Source: Antedon mediterranea
Taxonomy: Eukaryota > Animalia > Echinodermata
NCBI RefSeq assembly: GCF_964355755.1
Contig: NC_092677.1
Coordinates: forward strand, 26,585,175 to 26,649,174
Reading direction: 5' to 3'
DNA length: 64,000 nucleotides
The notes under the pieces are model-generated. The model searched no databases. It was given only the letters and a program-made list of their open reading frames with translations, and had not been told where the DNA came from. The translations under genes were made by a program, and so were the position numbers. Of this stretch, positions 37,146 through 52,100 are shown in pieces (the first letter of the stretch is position 1; every line of letters begins with the position of its first letter).

Positions 37146-40100
37146 ATGGCGGGTAAGTACTGTTTAAGAATTCTCAGTTCCGTGTTATAAAAATGGCTTT
37201 TATGTGTAAAATGATAAAGTGATATTTCATAAAACTGTCATTGCTTGTTACTCCACAGACTACAATTTACTAGGGTTGGGGATACGAATTGATTCGCAAG
37301 ATTGTAAGTATTGTATTCCTTGTGCTTTTGGTGGGCGTTTTATTATGAATGAACATAAAAAATGTATGAGCGCGAGGGTTAAGAAGGCAGACAGCAAAAA
37401 AGTGTAGAAATTAAAGCCTAATTGAATGCCTAGGTAGTAAATATTAACATTCGTGAGTTCAAATATGCTTCCAACAATAATATGAATATTAACTTGTGTC
37501 ATATTTTTAAGTTTTTGTAAATATTTATGTCGACTAGTAGTAGCCTACATAAATTTCGCGTACCTAGGCTAGGCCCAAAATTTGTGTGTGATGTATGGTG
37601 ATGGGGCGCAAGTGTTACAGAATGACAGCTGAGTCTAAGTATGTACCCCAGTACTTTCTGGCCTAACATTTTCTTGTTTGGAATAATGAGTTTTTTTTTG
37701 GCGTGTTTAGAGTTCCGTCACCAGACAACAACATCAACAACTAATTAACTACTCAAGAATAGACTATATATAGAGGGATTTTTAAAGGTTTTTTGAAGTG
37801 TCAGATCAGAGGGCCAGATGCCAGATTGATAATGATATTCTTGGCATATATCAAATGCATTATTGATATCTAAAGCTAGGCAGTTGCGTTATGCTCTGTT
37901 CTTCCTGCTTTTGTAATATAATCTTGCTTGCTAGTTTCGTAATACTAATGGCTACTACTATATTTTCTCTAAAACTACAGTATTTGGACAAATCCGATTA
38001 AATTTGTTACACATTGCACTTTATTATTATTTCCACCTAGAAATTAAAAAATGTTATCCATACTCAAGTGACTCCATTGTCATCAGCCTATATAAAGCCA
38101 ATTAAGCTAGCTTATCATAAAAGAAAAACACAACTATGCTAGCAATAGAAACAAAATGAACATTAAAAGTGATAAGTCAAATAAGAAAGTGTTTTTAGAA
38201 CATTATTGGTGTTTCATGTGTTATATATTTATCCTGTAGCAAAATAAAAACTTGGCTAACTTCCCCTTATATCCCAAGAGTATACAACAATTTTTGCATG
38301 CAAAAAGAGCAATTTAACTAAATTTTATAGCCTTTTGAGTTTACAATGACATATAATGAAACCTTTTTGTGGCAATTGTAAATCTACTGTTTACTGCAGT
38401 AACTGCCTCATAATATTCTGTATTGAAACAAATATCAAGTAATTGCAGTAAAAAATTGTAGTTAATGCAGTAACTGCAATTTTGACACAATTCCTTACAT
38501 AATAAGCACAATATGTAGAGAGTTAAGGGAACATTTCCCCAACATGTGTACTTGTAGAGCCTTTGCCTCAAGATGGTTTCTTATTATAATTTCTATCTCA
38601 ATATTTTCAACTATAGTATTGTCCCTTTTTTTAACATGTGTGTTCGGTAGTTTGCTTACTTTTTCTCTTTTGATGCATAAAGCAATTTTTGCAGACTTTA
38701 TTCATCTATTCTATATAACCTTGTTTTTTAGACGTAAATCATTTTTTTAGCGTGAACTTTAAATTGATATTACTTTTTAAAAAACATCTGCTGTTAATTA
38801 AATGTTCTTTATTACCTCCAAGCTATATGAATCTATTCAACCTTTAGCCCTACCATTCTTTATTTTCCAGTTCTCTTTTAATTATAATTGATTTCATGAG
38901 CCACTACACATTTGTTTACTTCTAATCAATTACCTATTATGTAAGAATTACAACGTTTTTATAATTACAGTTTACACAAAAAAAAGTTTTATTTTGTTGC
39001 GTGTTATGATTTGATTGTTGCCCAATGCAATGTTATAAAACTAGCTTGGGAAGGGGATATCAAATCTATTACAAAACCTGTGTAATCCAGTGAATTAAAT
39101 TAAGTTAGTACTACTACAGTAGCTTACCAAAATACCACATCAAGGCTAGCAACTTATACAGCAGGGAATATTTTTCCAACCACCTTATTCTTATTGCCTC
39201 AATTTATCAAATAGAAAGTTAGTATAGCCAAAAACATTGCAAAAACCATGTCTCAGAATTCTGATTGATAAGCAGTTTTTGCTAATTAAATTTGTTTTAA
39301 TGAAACTGTTCCCTGAGCCTGTACTACTATATTAACTGATGATGATGACATAATAATAAATGCTGGTAAAAAGTACAAACATAAAGATGCTTAAAATGTA
39401 AACTATTAATAAACTGTTATCATTATCAATCAATGTTTACATACATTGTATTCAATTACAAGGTGTAAAGTACAATAGCTTTAAAGTTCGATTTAGGTAC
39501 ATTTACATAATATTAACTATATAAATGACAATAGAATAGGCAGCCATTTATAGTACCCTTGAACTCTGATCTCTAGCATTCCATTCTGATTAAAATGTCA
39601 AGTTTTGATTGGTGTCCCCTTATGGTACGTTGGACTCTTCTAATATCTTTATAGGTAAGTTAAAATATTACATAATATGCTATTGACAATGCAGTTATAA
39701 TTTACTATATTTGCCTACCAGGCACTGTCATAATTAAGTATTGTAAACTAGCCAAACTTGAATAAAGTAATGTTTAAAACCCACAAACAGTTGACAGTCC
39801 TATCATTCACTAGTAGCCCTACATAACATGATGCATTACCAGTCCAGAACATAACTCATTAACTGAAAATAATGGGTTAACATTTTCCTAAATGAAATAC
39901 ATAGTACTGTAGTGCAAACCCAACAAATCTTAAATTAAACAACTAGATCGTGCATGCCTAATATACATTGTAGTACAGTAAATTACATTTTGATTAAGCA
40001 ATGTATTTGCAGTAAATTGAACAAGTAATTACCTATTTATGTTGAAACTAGAATTATATAATTTTAAAACATTTAAGACATTTCTTTTCGCTCTCTATTC

Positions 40101-43100
40101 ATGATGACCCTGTTTCGTTCGCATGATGAATGAGCATTGATTAAGGACGAGTTTTGTTGCGCAATCATCGGAAGCTTAAATTCAACTGGGATCAATGAAT
40201 TGAATTATGTTATCTTAAGTTCATGCTTCGTAGCATTCCTGTCTCAGTCTTACTTTAAGCGATTTATAATGTAAATCGAAAGACTATTTGTATAAACAAT
40301 ACAATATTCAAGTTTGACTTCAAGTTGAATGTTATCCTTCTATTTTTGTTATATTTTTGTGATAACAATTATTTAATTACAAAAAGTCTGTATTGACATA
40401 CAAGAAGTAACAATTAATTTAGTCTCTTAGTAAAAACATTTTTTTTTTTTTTATTAATGTAAAGACATCCATTTAAACCATGATATAAATAAACTGCATT
40501 TGGCCAACATGCTTCACTGTCTCAGATTGCTTGAGACTGTGCTATGAGGCTCATATACACATGTCTGGACCAAGTGATGTTGAGCTCCTAGGTGAGATCA
40601 CTTACTGTAGGCTCCTCGGTGTGCAAAGACGACGAATGATAAGCTTACATTGCTAGTGTAGGCTCACCAAGACACCTGCATCGTGACAAGCTCTGTATAA
40701 ACGTAAGCATGGTGTCGTTTTGTAATGATTTTAATTCGGTTGGAATGTTTGCTGATGTTGTTGAGGTCGCCCAGTATGTTCACTGATTGCCAATATATCT
40801 GAAAGTTTTCCGGTATATTTCTAAGCTTATCAGAGATGTTATGGCTACGTGATTACAGAGTTGTAATATTGTAAGTGAAGAATATTGTACTTTGATTCCT
40901 TTTAGTTATGTTGTTATTTCTCTAATGAAATACCATCAGTGTTGTTTAGTTTTGCTTTCATTCAGTAAATGATTACATAATTACTTCACTCCCAAAGACT
41001 TGTAATAAGACTTTGTTTATGTAGAGCATCTTGTGTATATGTTTGTCTTGTGAACCTCTGAGGGTCCCTAATGATCAGCAATAGCTGGATGGATCACCCT
41101 CATTAAATATGGTGTTAAAAAATAAATATAAAAAAAAATAAATAAAAAATAATGTATGTTTGTGTTAGTCTAAAAGTTGTTAGTTACAATCCATTCAGAT
41201 AAAATTGAATCCAATATATTATTAGGAAAAAAATGATTAGTCAAAAAGGGTATGCCAGCTCTTCTGTAGGATGACACGACATATTGCAGTGCCAATAACA
41301 TATACTGCCCCCCCCCCCCTGTTGGTAAATACTCCATGTTGCAAAGCAATAGAGTTGGACTAGGGGCCTGTTCGTAGGGGTTGAAAATACCAGCTTATTC
41401 CCGATTTCCGTTCTCGTGATCCAATTAACTTTTGCCTCAGGCTACAAAAAATTTGAGGTAAAATGTTCACCAAATTTGCAGGTTATTTCAGCGATAATCC
41501 AATTATACTCGGCCTTCGAGGATAATAAATCTCCGATAGAGGCAATGTGTCAAATTTTGACAAACGTTCGCTGCCTAGGCCCGTCATTTCTCCTACGAAG
41601 CTCTTCCATACACGCTTCGAGAGCGATCGTCAGCTGGTGCTGTCCTTGTTGGTGTAGACCGCTTAGTAGGCCTAGCTGGTCGGGGAGCCGCTGGTCGGTG
41701 GTGTTTCCGTCGTGTAACATTGGGCTCAAATTCTTCGTCAATGAGTAAAATAATGGTCGTCAGGAGAAGGCATATTTCGGCAGGATTATCGGCGTTAAGA
41801 GGCATAAGGTTTGTCGCAAGGATAAGCAGTGTAAAAGGTAGCAAGTAATTGTTATTGTAAAGAAAGATCGCGAGTAAAAAATATACAACACGAAACTAGC
41901 GTGCGAAAATGGGGTCGTAGGTTGTAAAGACAACTGACCTTAAAACGTAATTTCCGGTTTGTGATTCGTTGATTAAGCATTTAAGCGGTTAAATATTTCA
42001 AGTACGAACAACGCTCAATTTATAACCCGAGGCATGGGTGAAATTAAGCGCTTATTTTAACCACCGTACGAACACGACCTAGGAGTTTTAGCCCTGTACA
42101 AATGGTTACCATTTTGTCTCTATTGATTAAGCTAGTTAAGTCCCAAGGTTTAATTAAATTTATATGTAATAAAAAATTTTTATTATTTAAATTATTTGAT
42201 TGAAAAATAGTGCCTTTTCCCTATACAAGTAGTTTCTTTCAATGGCTGTATTCATTAATAAAAAAAAATACCATTTAATTTTCCATAAAAATGGGATGAT
42301 CCTGTTCATGAAGGGTTCTGAGTAGTATAAACAATTCACGTTTGTGTAAAATACTTAATACTACTAAAGCCCCTCATAAATAAAACTGAATTAAATTTAA
42401 TTGAAAATAACATTTTTTTTACATAAAGTAGCCTTATTAAATATTATAACTAAAAATGTACTATAGCTTGTTTTGACCAAAAAAATATGTTGATAGAGTA
42501 ATGTACAGACTAACTACTCATATCAACATCTGACTCAAACAGTGTCAGTGTCACATTTAAAATTAACAATGAGTTTTCAGATGAGATCTTCGTGGAAAAA
42601 TGGCTTCATTCTTAATAAAATATATTTAATTAATTTCAATGTGAAAAATAAGACATTTTTTAACAGTCTTGGTGAAAAAATAGTTGTTTTTTTTTTTTAA
42701 TTTAATCCAATTTACATTCATTTTTTTGAAAATATAGAACTTAGAAGTATACTTTATTTGTATAGTAGTTGTATTTGGTGACTTAATATTTGGAACACAA
42801 ATATGTTTGGCATGAATTTCTGTTAAAGCTAGTTACCTGTTGGACACATGGGATGGAGAGGATTTGGCGGTAAATGGATGTAGAGCGTTCACATTGGTCC
42901 ATACTAATGAGTGAAGGCCAGGCTAACCCACAGGGTGTTTAGAGGGCAGGTTTCCGCATCAAAGAGTAATAAAACTGATGCTGTAGTGTGCTTCAGCATG
43001 TGTTTAAATTAGTAAGATTTTGGTACAGTTTATTGGCAGCCATTTTGTGAGATGCTCTTCTAAGGTTCTGAACACAAAGGTACAGTATGCCAGGGTTCAT

Positions 43101-46100
43101 AGTCTATCTACTGTGGTCTACATTCTGTACATTTTATAGATGAGATTTTTACCTAGTTTATAGGTGTATATACACGTTGTCTTATTCTTACTAATTAAAA
43201 GTATACCAATTTGAGTAAAAATGAGATTATTATTTTTGTAGGTGATTCTAAAAAAGGTGAGACAAGTTTTCTTTTAATCCCTTTACAGTGTTATATCTAC
43301 ATGGTTTAATTCCACTGGTATACTATGGTGGTTTATCAAGATATCTTCTTTCCTTTTTTGTGTGTGAGAGGGGAAAGGGGTTGTTGGAGGGCAGGAGAAA
43401 GAAATGTAAATTACTAATATATTTGTTTCTTCACGGGATAACACATTAATATTCAAGCTACTATGTACCACTTTTAAGTTTCTTCTACCGTACCCTGTAC
43501 TGTGAAGAAGACAATTGAACGCTAGCCTTGGGGGTGTTAATTATATTACTAAACTTATCAAAAATCTCACTGTTTCCCAATTTGTTTATAATGCAATATA
43601 GAGTCGCCTTGCAATCTGTTTCTTCAGAAATCCATCTTGTTCAAAACAGCATCCTCACAGGAGGGTCAAATTAGTTGGACTGTACCACTTTAAAAACAGG
43701 GGTAAACTATGTGCTGTAGTAAGGATAGAATATATTTTTTAAATGTTTGTTTATTATTTAAAGTACAGTATATGCAAATTAGAATATGTTATTGTTGGAT
43801 TTACTTTATTTAATTGATGAACTTGTGATCGTAGAGCGTGCAAAATGACGCAGGTCATGTTTTCTCGTTAAACTGCCGAATGATAGTTATCATATTCTAT
43901 TTTAGTGGCATTCCTCAACACTCTTGATGAGGGAGGATACATGCAGCTATGTCCCATTTCAACAACAGATGCTAGGCCTGTATTGTGAATAAAACATGGA
44001 TTATATAATGGTTGGGGGAGAACGGATGATGGTCCTGGCTAGGCTACATCCAGGTGGGTGATATAGGTTAGTTTTTACAGCCTAGGATTGCACCCTGTTT
44101 CCCAGCATGCGGTTAAAAATGCCAAAGTATGGTCATCTTTTACAGCACTATTTCGAATTTAGTGTAGTTTAGTTAGTTTTCATATGTCACATTGTTGCAC
44201 AATTTGTTTTAGTTTATGCCTTGAAATTGATGGCGAGTTCGTAGTCTATCGTGATTGTGTTTTCCATTTGTATTCAATAGGTTTTTTTTTTTCATAAGTA
44301 GAGTGAATACTAATAATGAATCACTTAAGTAGGATAATGTTGACATAATTAATCACTTAAGTCATAAACATTGACCTATTTATGATCTATTTTTAGAATG
44401 AAGTGACATACTTTTTCTTTAAGTGATGTGTATCTGTCTATAAATAAGTTAATTAAAATCTCTCATTTGTCAATTTTTCAGTCTGAACAACTTTATTAAT
44501 AGTATAGTACTGTATGTATAGCAGCAGTAAGATTTAGTGTATGATGTTATACATAAATTGATATCAGTTAATTATTAAATTCATATCTACAGTATACTCA
44601 TTATTAAAATAAATTTATTTTTTAATTCATAATCGACATCAGGCATTGGTAATATGACTGCTACACTAATAATGTGGGGTGCATTTGGTCTGCCGTACTG
44701 AGTGACCCTGCTCTTATCCATGCTACCCAGTGGTTTAATTAATGTTCTATAATGTTGTTGACAACAATTTACCTTTAATTAAATTGGATTGTGTTGATAC
44801 ACTAACATTTTTACACTAGACGAATATAACTAGCAACAACCATTTATACTGTACCTGTTAACCTGCTATGAAACAAAGATATTTTCTCAGTGTAAATTTT
44901 TAAGTTTTCCTGCCAGCTGAATTTCATAATTATTACCCAGTGCCTTGATATCAATATCTAATTAATAATTTTAATTAATAATGAAATATTGATTAGAAAT
45001 GGTATAATTTTCATTTTGGTAATCAATAATTATTTTTCATGACTTAAATGTAAAGAAGTTTCACATGCTGAATAAAGCTTAACTTGTTTTGTATAAATAT
45101 TAAAAATAAAGTGTTATTGTTAACAGATAATTTATTTTAAAGTATCTTTTCATCAATATTTTCTATCAGAATTCAATCAGTTCAGTTCTGTTCTCCCTGT
45201 TTTTATCTGTACTAATTATTCTGTTTTTAAATGGATTGAACCTCGGAATGTTTAAAATAGGGCCACCAGTTTAATCGTATGGATTTACTGTACTTGCATT
45301 TAAACGACAATATTCATCCGAATAAGCGTCCGACTGTATCGTTACTTATTCAGTTACTTATTCACGATGCAACATGCTTACATTGGCATATAGAGAATAT
45401 ATTTTTTCAACCTGTTAAATCCCAGGTATAGGCCATAAAGTTTTTAAATGGTGTTATCTGTCTGGGAGGGCAATCGCTGTCAATTATAAACAGAAATCTA
45501 GCAAAGCACCATCCTGGTTTATCTGCTCTAGGGAGACCATTGCAAGATGATTAGATTTCTACCTGGAATGCTGTAGTCACTGCAGCTAATGAGCTAGGCC
45601 TTCAGGCCACATTCCCAGCCCAGGTAGGGGGGCCTACTGTAGCTATAGTTGCTTCTGTTCCACTAGCTAGGCATTTCAACAAATGCAGGTGGTCGCTGTT
45701 TCAGTAGATTGTTTTGCATAGATTTAGTTGTTGAGACACAGTGAGTACATTATTAGTTTCTGTAAATTCATTAAATTTAAGCATTTAAAGAATTGATCGT
45801 TAAGAATACTAAAATATCTAGATATTCAACCATACAGTAGTTTTTTTTGGGGGGGGGGGGATTTTTCTCCCGTTTTTTTTTTTGGGGGGTGGGGGGAGTT
45901 CAACTGCAACAAACTACAGTATTGTAGTGGCTACAGGTAGAATTTGAAAACTGACTGAAAATATGTACAGTAGTTATACATGATGAACTTACTTCTGTAT
46001 TTGAGCAACCCACGTTATGCATTTCCCCTATAGCCATAGCCCGACATGAATTTAGAAATTAATTATAACCATTAAAATAATAGTTCACCTATTTTTACAA

Positions 46101-49100
46101 CAGACTTCAGACTGCTTTGCAAATAAACCATAGCTGGGAGCAGTTTAATAAAATTCCTAAATCACATGCAACATTTCTTATTGTGTTGAGGTATTTCAAG
46201 ATAAATACTCTATTAGTACTACTGGGTTAAAGGTTAAACCTGATGTTAATATTGTAGTTCACAGGTCAAAGTTTATAATAATAATAATGACAAAAGTACA
46301 CTTTTTTTTTCTTGAAATTTCTGCCATACAAAACGGGATATAAAAATATAAATGTATGGTGATCTACTATACTTTAAAAAAGAAATTGACCAAAATCAAG
46401 AAACATTGTTTTTAACTGTGAATATACTGTACAGTGTACATCACTTGGAAAGTTGACAAATGTTGAGCACTTGAAAGATATGTGAAAGGAAGAGTTAAAA
46501 TTCATGTATTTCTCTTTACATAACTTTATTTGGACCGTACCATTTTAATAATAGGTATTTTTCATCTTCAGAACTTTGGTAGGAAATACTTTGACAGGTC
46601 GATGATATAGTACTTATTAAATGTTTAGTTATCATGTTGTTTTCCTGTGCATTCCAAAACGTATCTTGTAAGCGCAATTATAGTCAGGTGAACAGTTTTA
46701 TAAAGAATGAGAGAAAGTTATAATACAAATTCATTAATAAAAACAGATCAACTTTGTGTGTAGTTTGTTTACATTTTTATTTAGAGAACTTTCTTTATTC
46801 TTTAAAGTATAAGAATCAGGGGCAGATCTAAGGTGGTATGAAGGCCCAACTGTCCTCCCCCCCCCCCCCCCAAAAAATTTGGCAAATTGTAGTGCAAAAG
46901 ATAGGACATCAAATTAAGCTCAGCCCTTCATTTTACCATTTTTAGGCCCTTGGCCCCCCCTATTTAAAATCCTGGATGCGCCACCGAGAATGTATGGAGT
47001 ATTTAACTGACTGTTTACTAGAGCTATGTAACATTAATGTAATTGAAATATGTTCACAATTATCTTGATGGATTTTCTTTGATGCTGACTGAATTGATGT
47101 GTCAATTGGAATGCTGTAGATATCCTAAATCTTTCTTACCTTATCTAAAACTAATATCTCTTTTGAAGTAAACCTTGTTGTGACCTTTTGTAACAGTGAT
47201 GAAAGGGTTTGAATAATGAACATGTTTTAGGAATGTTGCATAAATTGGTGAAATATTGGTTAGGTAGTGACTACAGTATAAACATTCCTGTGAAAATGAA
47301 AACATCTAATATACACAAGCCTATAGTCAGGATTTTAATAGGGTGATTCTTTTCACAAAAGGTTGTCATGAATAACACCTATTTACCATCATTTCCACTG
47401 CTGATACGGTAGTGTGTACAGTAAAGGGCACTTTAGGGGTTAGTACTGGTACTGGTCATTACTCACAGTAGTTTTTAGTAAAGGTAAGAAATGAGAAAAT
47501 CTTAACTAGCTCGGTTTTCTAGTGAAAAAGAGAAATTGATGAATGTTTTGTAGTACTCTGGGAGGTTACAAAAGAGGCCTCCTTAAACGGATACAGTACT
47601 GTAGGGTGTGGAGTAAGATCTGATCTAGCCCACATTATTACCGTACAACAGCACAGATCTACAGTACTGTACATGATGCCATACTGTACTTAGTATGGCA
47701 TCACTGTACTGTACAGTTGTGTGCTGTTTCCTTTAAAAAGGCAAAAAGGAAAGTTAACTGTACAATCAAAATGTTTTTATTTAATGTTCTTTTTTTCATA
47801 AACTGTATTATGTTTGATATGCTAAGCAGTTGTTCTGCTTTGGATTGCTTGTTGTACATGGTAAATCTATTTACTTGTGAACTTAGCTTTATCCTAGCGT
47901 TGATTAAGAAATGAAAGCTAAACACAAAATGTTTATACTCTGAATCTGTAGACATCTGATTTATTTGCTTCTCTGACAAACACGCATTTGACATTCAGAT
48001 TGTTGAAATGTATACTGCTATGATATCTACCTTGATAGTGTATAGAGTACATTTAAACGTTTAAAAAGTACATTACACTAGAATAGGCCATTCGTATGCT
48101 AAGCCGTATCTTGCTAACTGTATCTGCAGTATAATTTGTTCAGTATCGTAGGCAAATTCTGTAAAACAGTGTCACATGTGATGTCTGTATGATCATAGGT
48201 CTGTCTGTATCATCATATACCTGTCTGTATCATCATATACCTGTCTGTATCATCATATACTGTACCTGTCTTTAACATTACATGCATCACATGTGATACA
48301 TATTTGACAGTGTATTACATAATTTACCAATGATACTGTACATTTTTAAAATTACAAATTAATTTTACTTACAGTAACACTTTTACAGTACAATAAACTT
48401 TATTGGGAAAAAACAATACAATTGAGTAAGAAACACAATGGACGACAGAAAATACATAAACAATGGCAAAATAAATATAATATTAATATTAATTTATATT
48501 GTTTTGTAGGTGATGACGATGGAGATGACTTGGGAATTGGTAGCTCACCGTTGGACATCACCACACAAGATGAAGTTATCAGTCCTTTGGCAAAACTTCA
48601 TAAATACATTGACAGTGAAAACATCTTTAACAGGTGAGTTGACGAGTGTACTGTAAGACCAAACCCTAAAATATATTTGTTACACCTCTGTAAGCTCTGT
48701 CTACACTATCAAACTTTTTGTGACAAACAAATGTGATGTGCTTATACATGGACATGATGATGTCATATCACTACCATATTCGGGCATACAGTACCAGCGA
48801 GAATTACTGCCCAATTCGGACGCGGCAGACGCGGCATGAATACGTCCATGACGCGTCCACTTCGCGTCCATTATATCGACGCGTCTGACGTGATTTAACC
48901 TTAGACCAACGTCCTTTGTGTTTGAGCTAACCACGCCGGTGTTAACGTAAACAAAAGCTCCGCATTGGTACTGTACTACAGTTATATTCTGTACGATGTT
49001 TTCTAAACCCGTGAAAACCTGTATTAAACGAAATGTATTTTATACTACAGTAGTTAATAACATGCAAAAAAAAACCTCTAAAAAACGAATTAATGAATAA

Positions 49101-52100
49101 GTGCGTATAGATACCAGTTCATTAGTACTACAGCTTACTATATGGGCAAGAAAGACTGATTTTTTGTGAGTAAAATTATTATCGGGTGTCAAAAAACTTC
49201 TTTGGCACGCCGCCTAAAAAGAAACCGCTGAACGAGACTTGCGGGAAATGCAGTGCTGAAACCACGTGTGCCTGCCATGCAGTAAAACCACGTGATAGCA
49301 TATTTACCAAACTCGAACGTTCGGCGACTAGACCCGAGTGTGTGAAAATATGTTGCTTTCGCTGTCCGAGCGAAGCAATGAATTGTGAGTATCGAATGTC
49401 AAAAAACTTCTTTGGCACGCCGCCTAAAAAGAACGAAAAGAAACCGCTGAACGAGACTTGCGGGAAATGCAGTGCTGAAACCACGTGTGCCTGCCATGCA
49501 GTAAAACCACGTGATAGCATATTTACCTAACTCGACCGTTCGGCGACCCGAGTGTGTGAAAAATAGTTTGCTTTCGCTGTCCGAGCGAAGCAATGAATTT
49601 TATATACTAATTAAAAAATCGACACATTGTAATGGACAAAAATGGTGCAGTACATGTAGTTATGTAACACTATATAATATCCTCAACCTATTTTTATTCA
49701 TTATATTAAATTCTAGCACCCGCCCTTGGCTTTTTTTGTTTTAAATCGCTTTGTCTTTTTCTATTCAGTGTATCAAATTCTAACACCCGCCCTTGTTTTT
49801 TTGTACCAATTTTGGGGTCTAAGCATAGAGATATTATAGTGAACTTCACTATAATATCTCTATGCTTAGACCCCAAAATTGGTACAAAATAACATTAACT
49901 AAAAAAATATTATTACAGTCATTATTACAATTATACAAACACTGTAATCTTAACATGATCAGAGAGGAACATCATTATAGCGTAAAAAAAATATTTCTTA
50001 ATATTTATAAGCAAAGCGTACACAGAATGCCTAGTGTTGTACTGTACGTCATCAACAGGGTCATCAACCCGCTTTTCAGCAGCGGTAGAACATGGTTGCA
50101 ATATTGCTGGGATCCAATGGAGTAGAAAAATATCACGTGCTCTTTGTTGCGCGCTATGACGACCATGGAGATATAAATTGACAGTGTACAGTACATACTG
50201 TAGGCTACATGATTTTGTTGAGCCTTCTTCCACAGTTTTAACTCATCATATTACATTTAAATATAACTTATTTCTCTATGATCATATCAATAATTCAACA
50301 TAAAATAGAGGCCTCGTTATTAAAAAAATATTCTTCCATAAAATGATTCATATGAACAAAATATACTGTATCATGACGATGATTATTGATCGAGTACGCT
50401 AGGCCGATCTCAGGCGGTGGTGTACGTGCTAGACAGTGAACCGGCCGGCTAGATCACACGGCGGGCTAGCGATAGATATAGACACAGTTTCGCACGAAAC
50501 TGGCTTTTTGGACGAATTATTCGGCAGATAAAAATAAACACAACACACACAAGTCGTAGGCTAACTTTATTTATTTTTTAATTATATTGTTTGTGAATGT
50601 GAAAGTATTTTATAAACAAACACCAATACAGCCGACCCTGCTCAACAGTCAGGCTTAGTTTTCCGATGTCATTTGAATATGAATACGGTCGCAAACAATA
50701 ACAAAAACAGACTCAGATAGCGAGGTCACGGCCCGCCCGACGAAAGTGCGTCCAAATCATTGGTTTAGTTTATGAATGGACGCGTCGTGGATGCAAATTG
50801 GACGGACACTCGACGCGTCCGTCGCGTCCAAAAAGGGGCAGTAATTCTCGCTGGTACTGTATCACTACCATATTTGGACACATCATTTTTTTTGTCAAAC
50901 TAGTTTGTGTAAGTAGTTCATTCATTTACAGTATTCCTTTTTTAAGAATTTTATTTCAAATTTGTTAAGAGCTATTTTGCTAGAATTTAGAAATATTTTA
51001 ACTTGTGTAATATAAGTGTTTTAAGACTTAGGTCTACAAAAAATATCTGGTCAACTCTCTCAAAATTGTACTTGTACCCAAATTCACACAACCTGACAAC
51101 TCAATCAGTGGTAACCATCAAAAACCAGCATTTTGTGCTTGACTAATGCAAAATTTTAAAATGACTGGTTACATAAATACAATTTATAAACATATTTGAG
51201 GTTTCCTGGACAGTCTTAAAATTAAACAGAAAACAAAACCAGAAATAAAGTGCACAAAAATGAAAGAAAAATGTGAGCTGCCCGAGGGTATGCCAAGTTA
51301 TTACTGGAAGGATCTGTAGGTGGTCAGTTTTCGCGCCTCAGATAATTATACTAAGGTCATCTTTATCAGCCCAGCCATCAAACACTGCCAACATCCAATA
51401 GCTGTTGAGCAACGGGTTCAAATGACGACCAAGTACCCTCCTGTGGTGTATGACGAATGATATCTGCATGCCGTAATGAAGCACAGCTGCGATGAGCATA
51501 TGGAGATAGATGTTGAGAACTAACTATAGATGTGGTATGCAAACCTTAAATTCTAGGGTCTACGCCATCACATCCGTTGGTCATAAATATATTTTTGCCA
51601 TAAAGGATGCAATTGTAGTTCAATATTTACTTTTTCTTTAAGTTCTTGAGTAGCTGTTGAAAAATAAAAGTTGAATAATAAAATTTTATTTTTTTTTATT
51701 TTTTGGTGCAGTTTTTTATAATATAAAGTAAAGTTGTTTCAAAATCTTCGAAAAGAATCCAGATTTCCTATTGAAAGTTCTATTAGTTTTTAAGTCGAAT
51801 CAAATTTGTTTAACATAGTTATTTAAAAGACTTGTTGGTAGATTTTATTATATTTCTTTTGTTATTGTAATATTTTTGTGATACCAGTGTTCACTGGTTT
51901 AGGTCCAGAGCGTTAATTGTATTTTCTTATGAAGTTTCATGACAAATATTTGAGCTAGCGTTAAAGAATAGACAAGACAGGTGCTATACAATATCTTTTT
52001 CTTACATTCAAACTCACCCATAACGGTGACCTTGCGCCTAATTTTCTCAGCGACATTCCTTTGCTTTTCTAGAGCAATACTCTGTTGCTGTGATATTCGT

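Noticed and set aside
40700-40880. 3' end of a CR1/L2 LINE on the minus strand
   Set aside because: Only a faint peptide resemblance (YRKTFRYIG..IPTELKSL) with frameshifts; too weak to call.
49179-49593. Cys-rich duplicated ORFs as a transposase or zinc-finger gene
   Set aside because: Short, non-ATG or weak starts, produced by a roughly 210-bp tandem duplication; no DDE or HTH motif.
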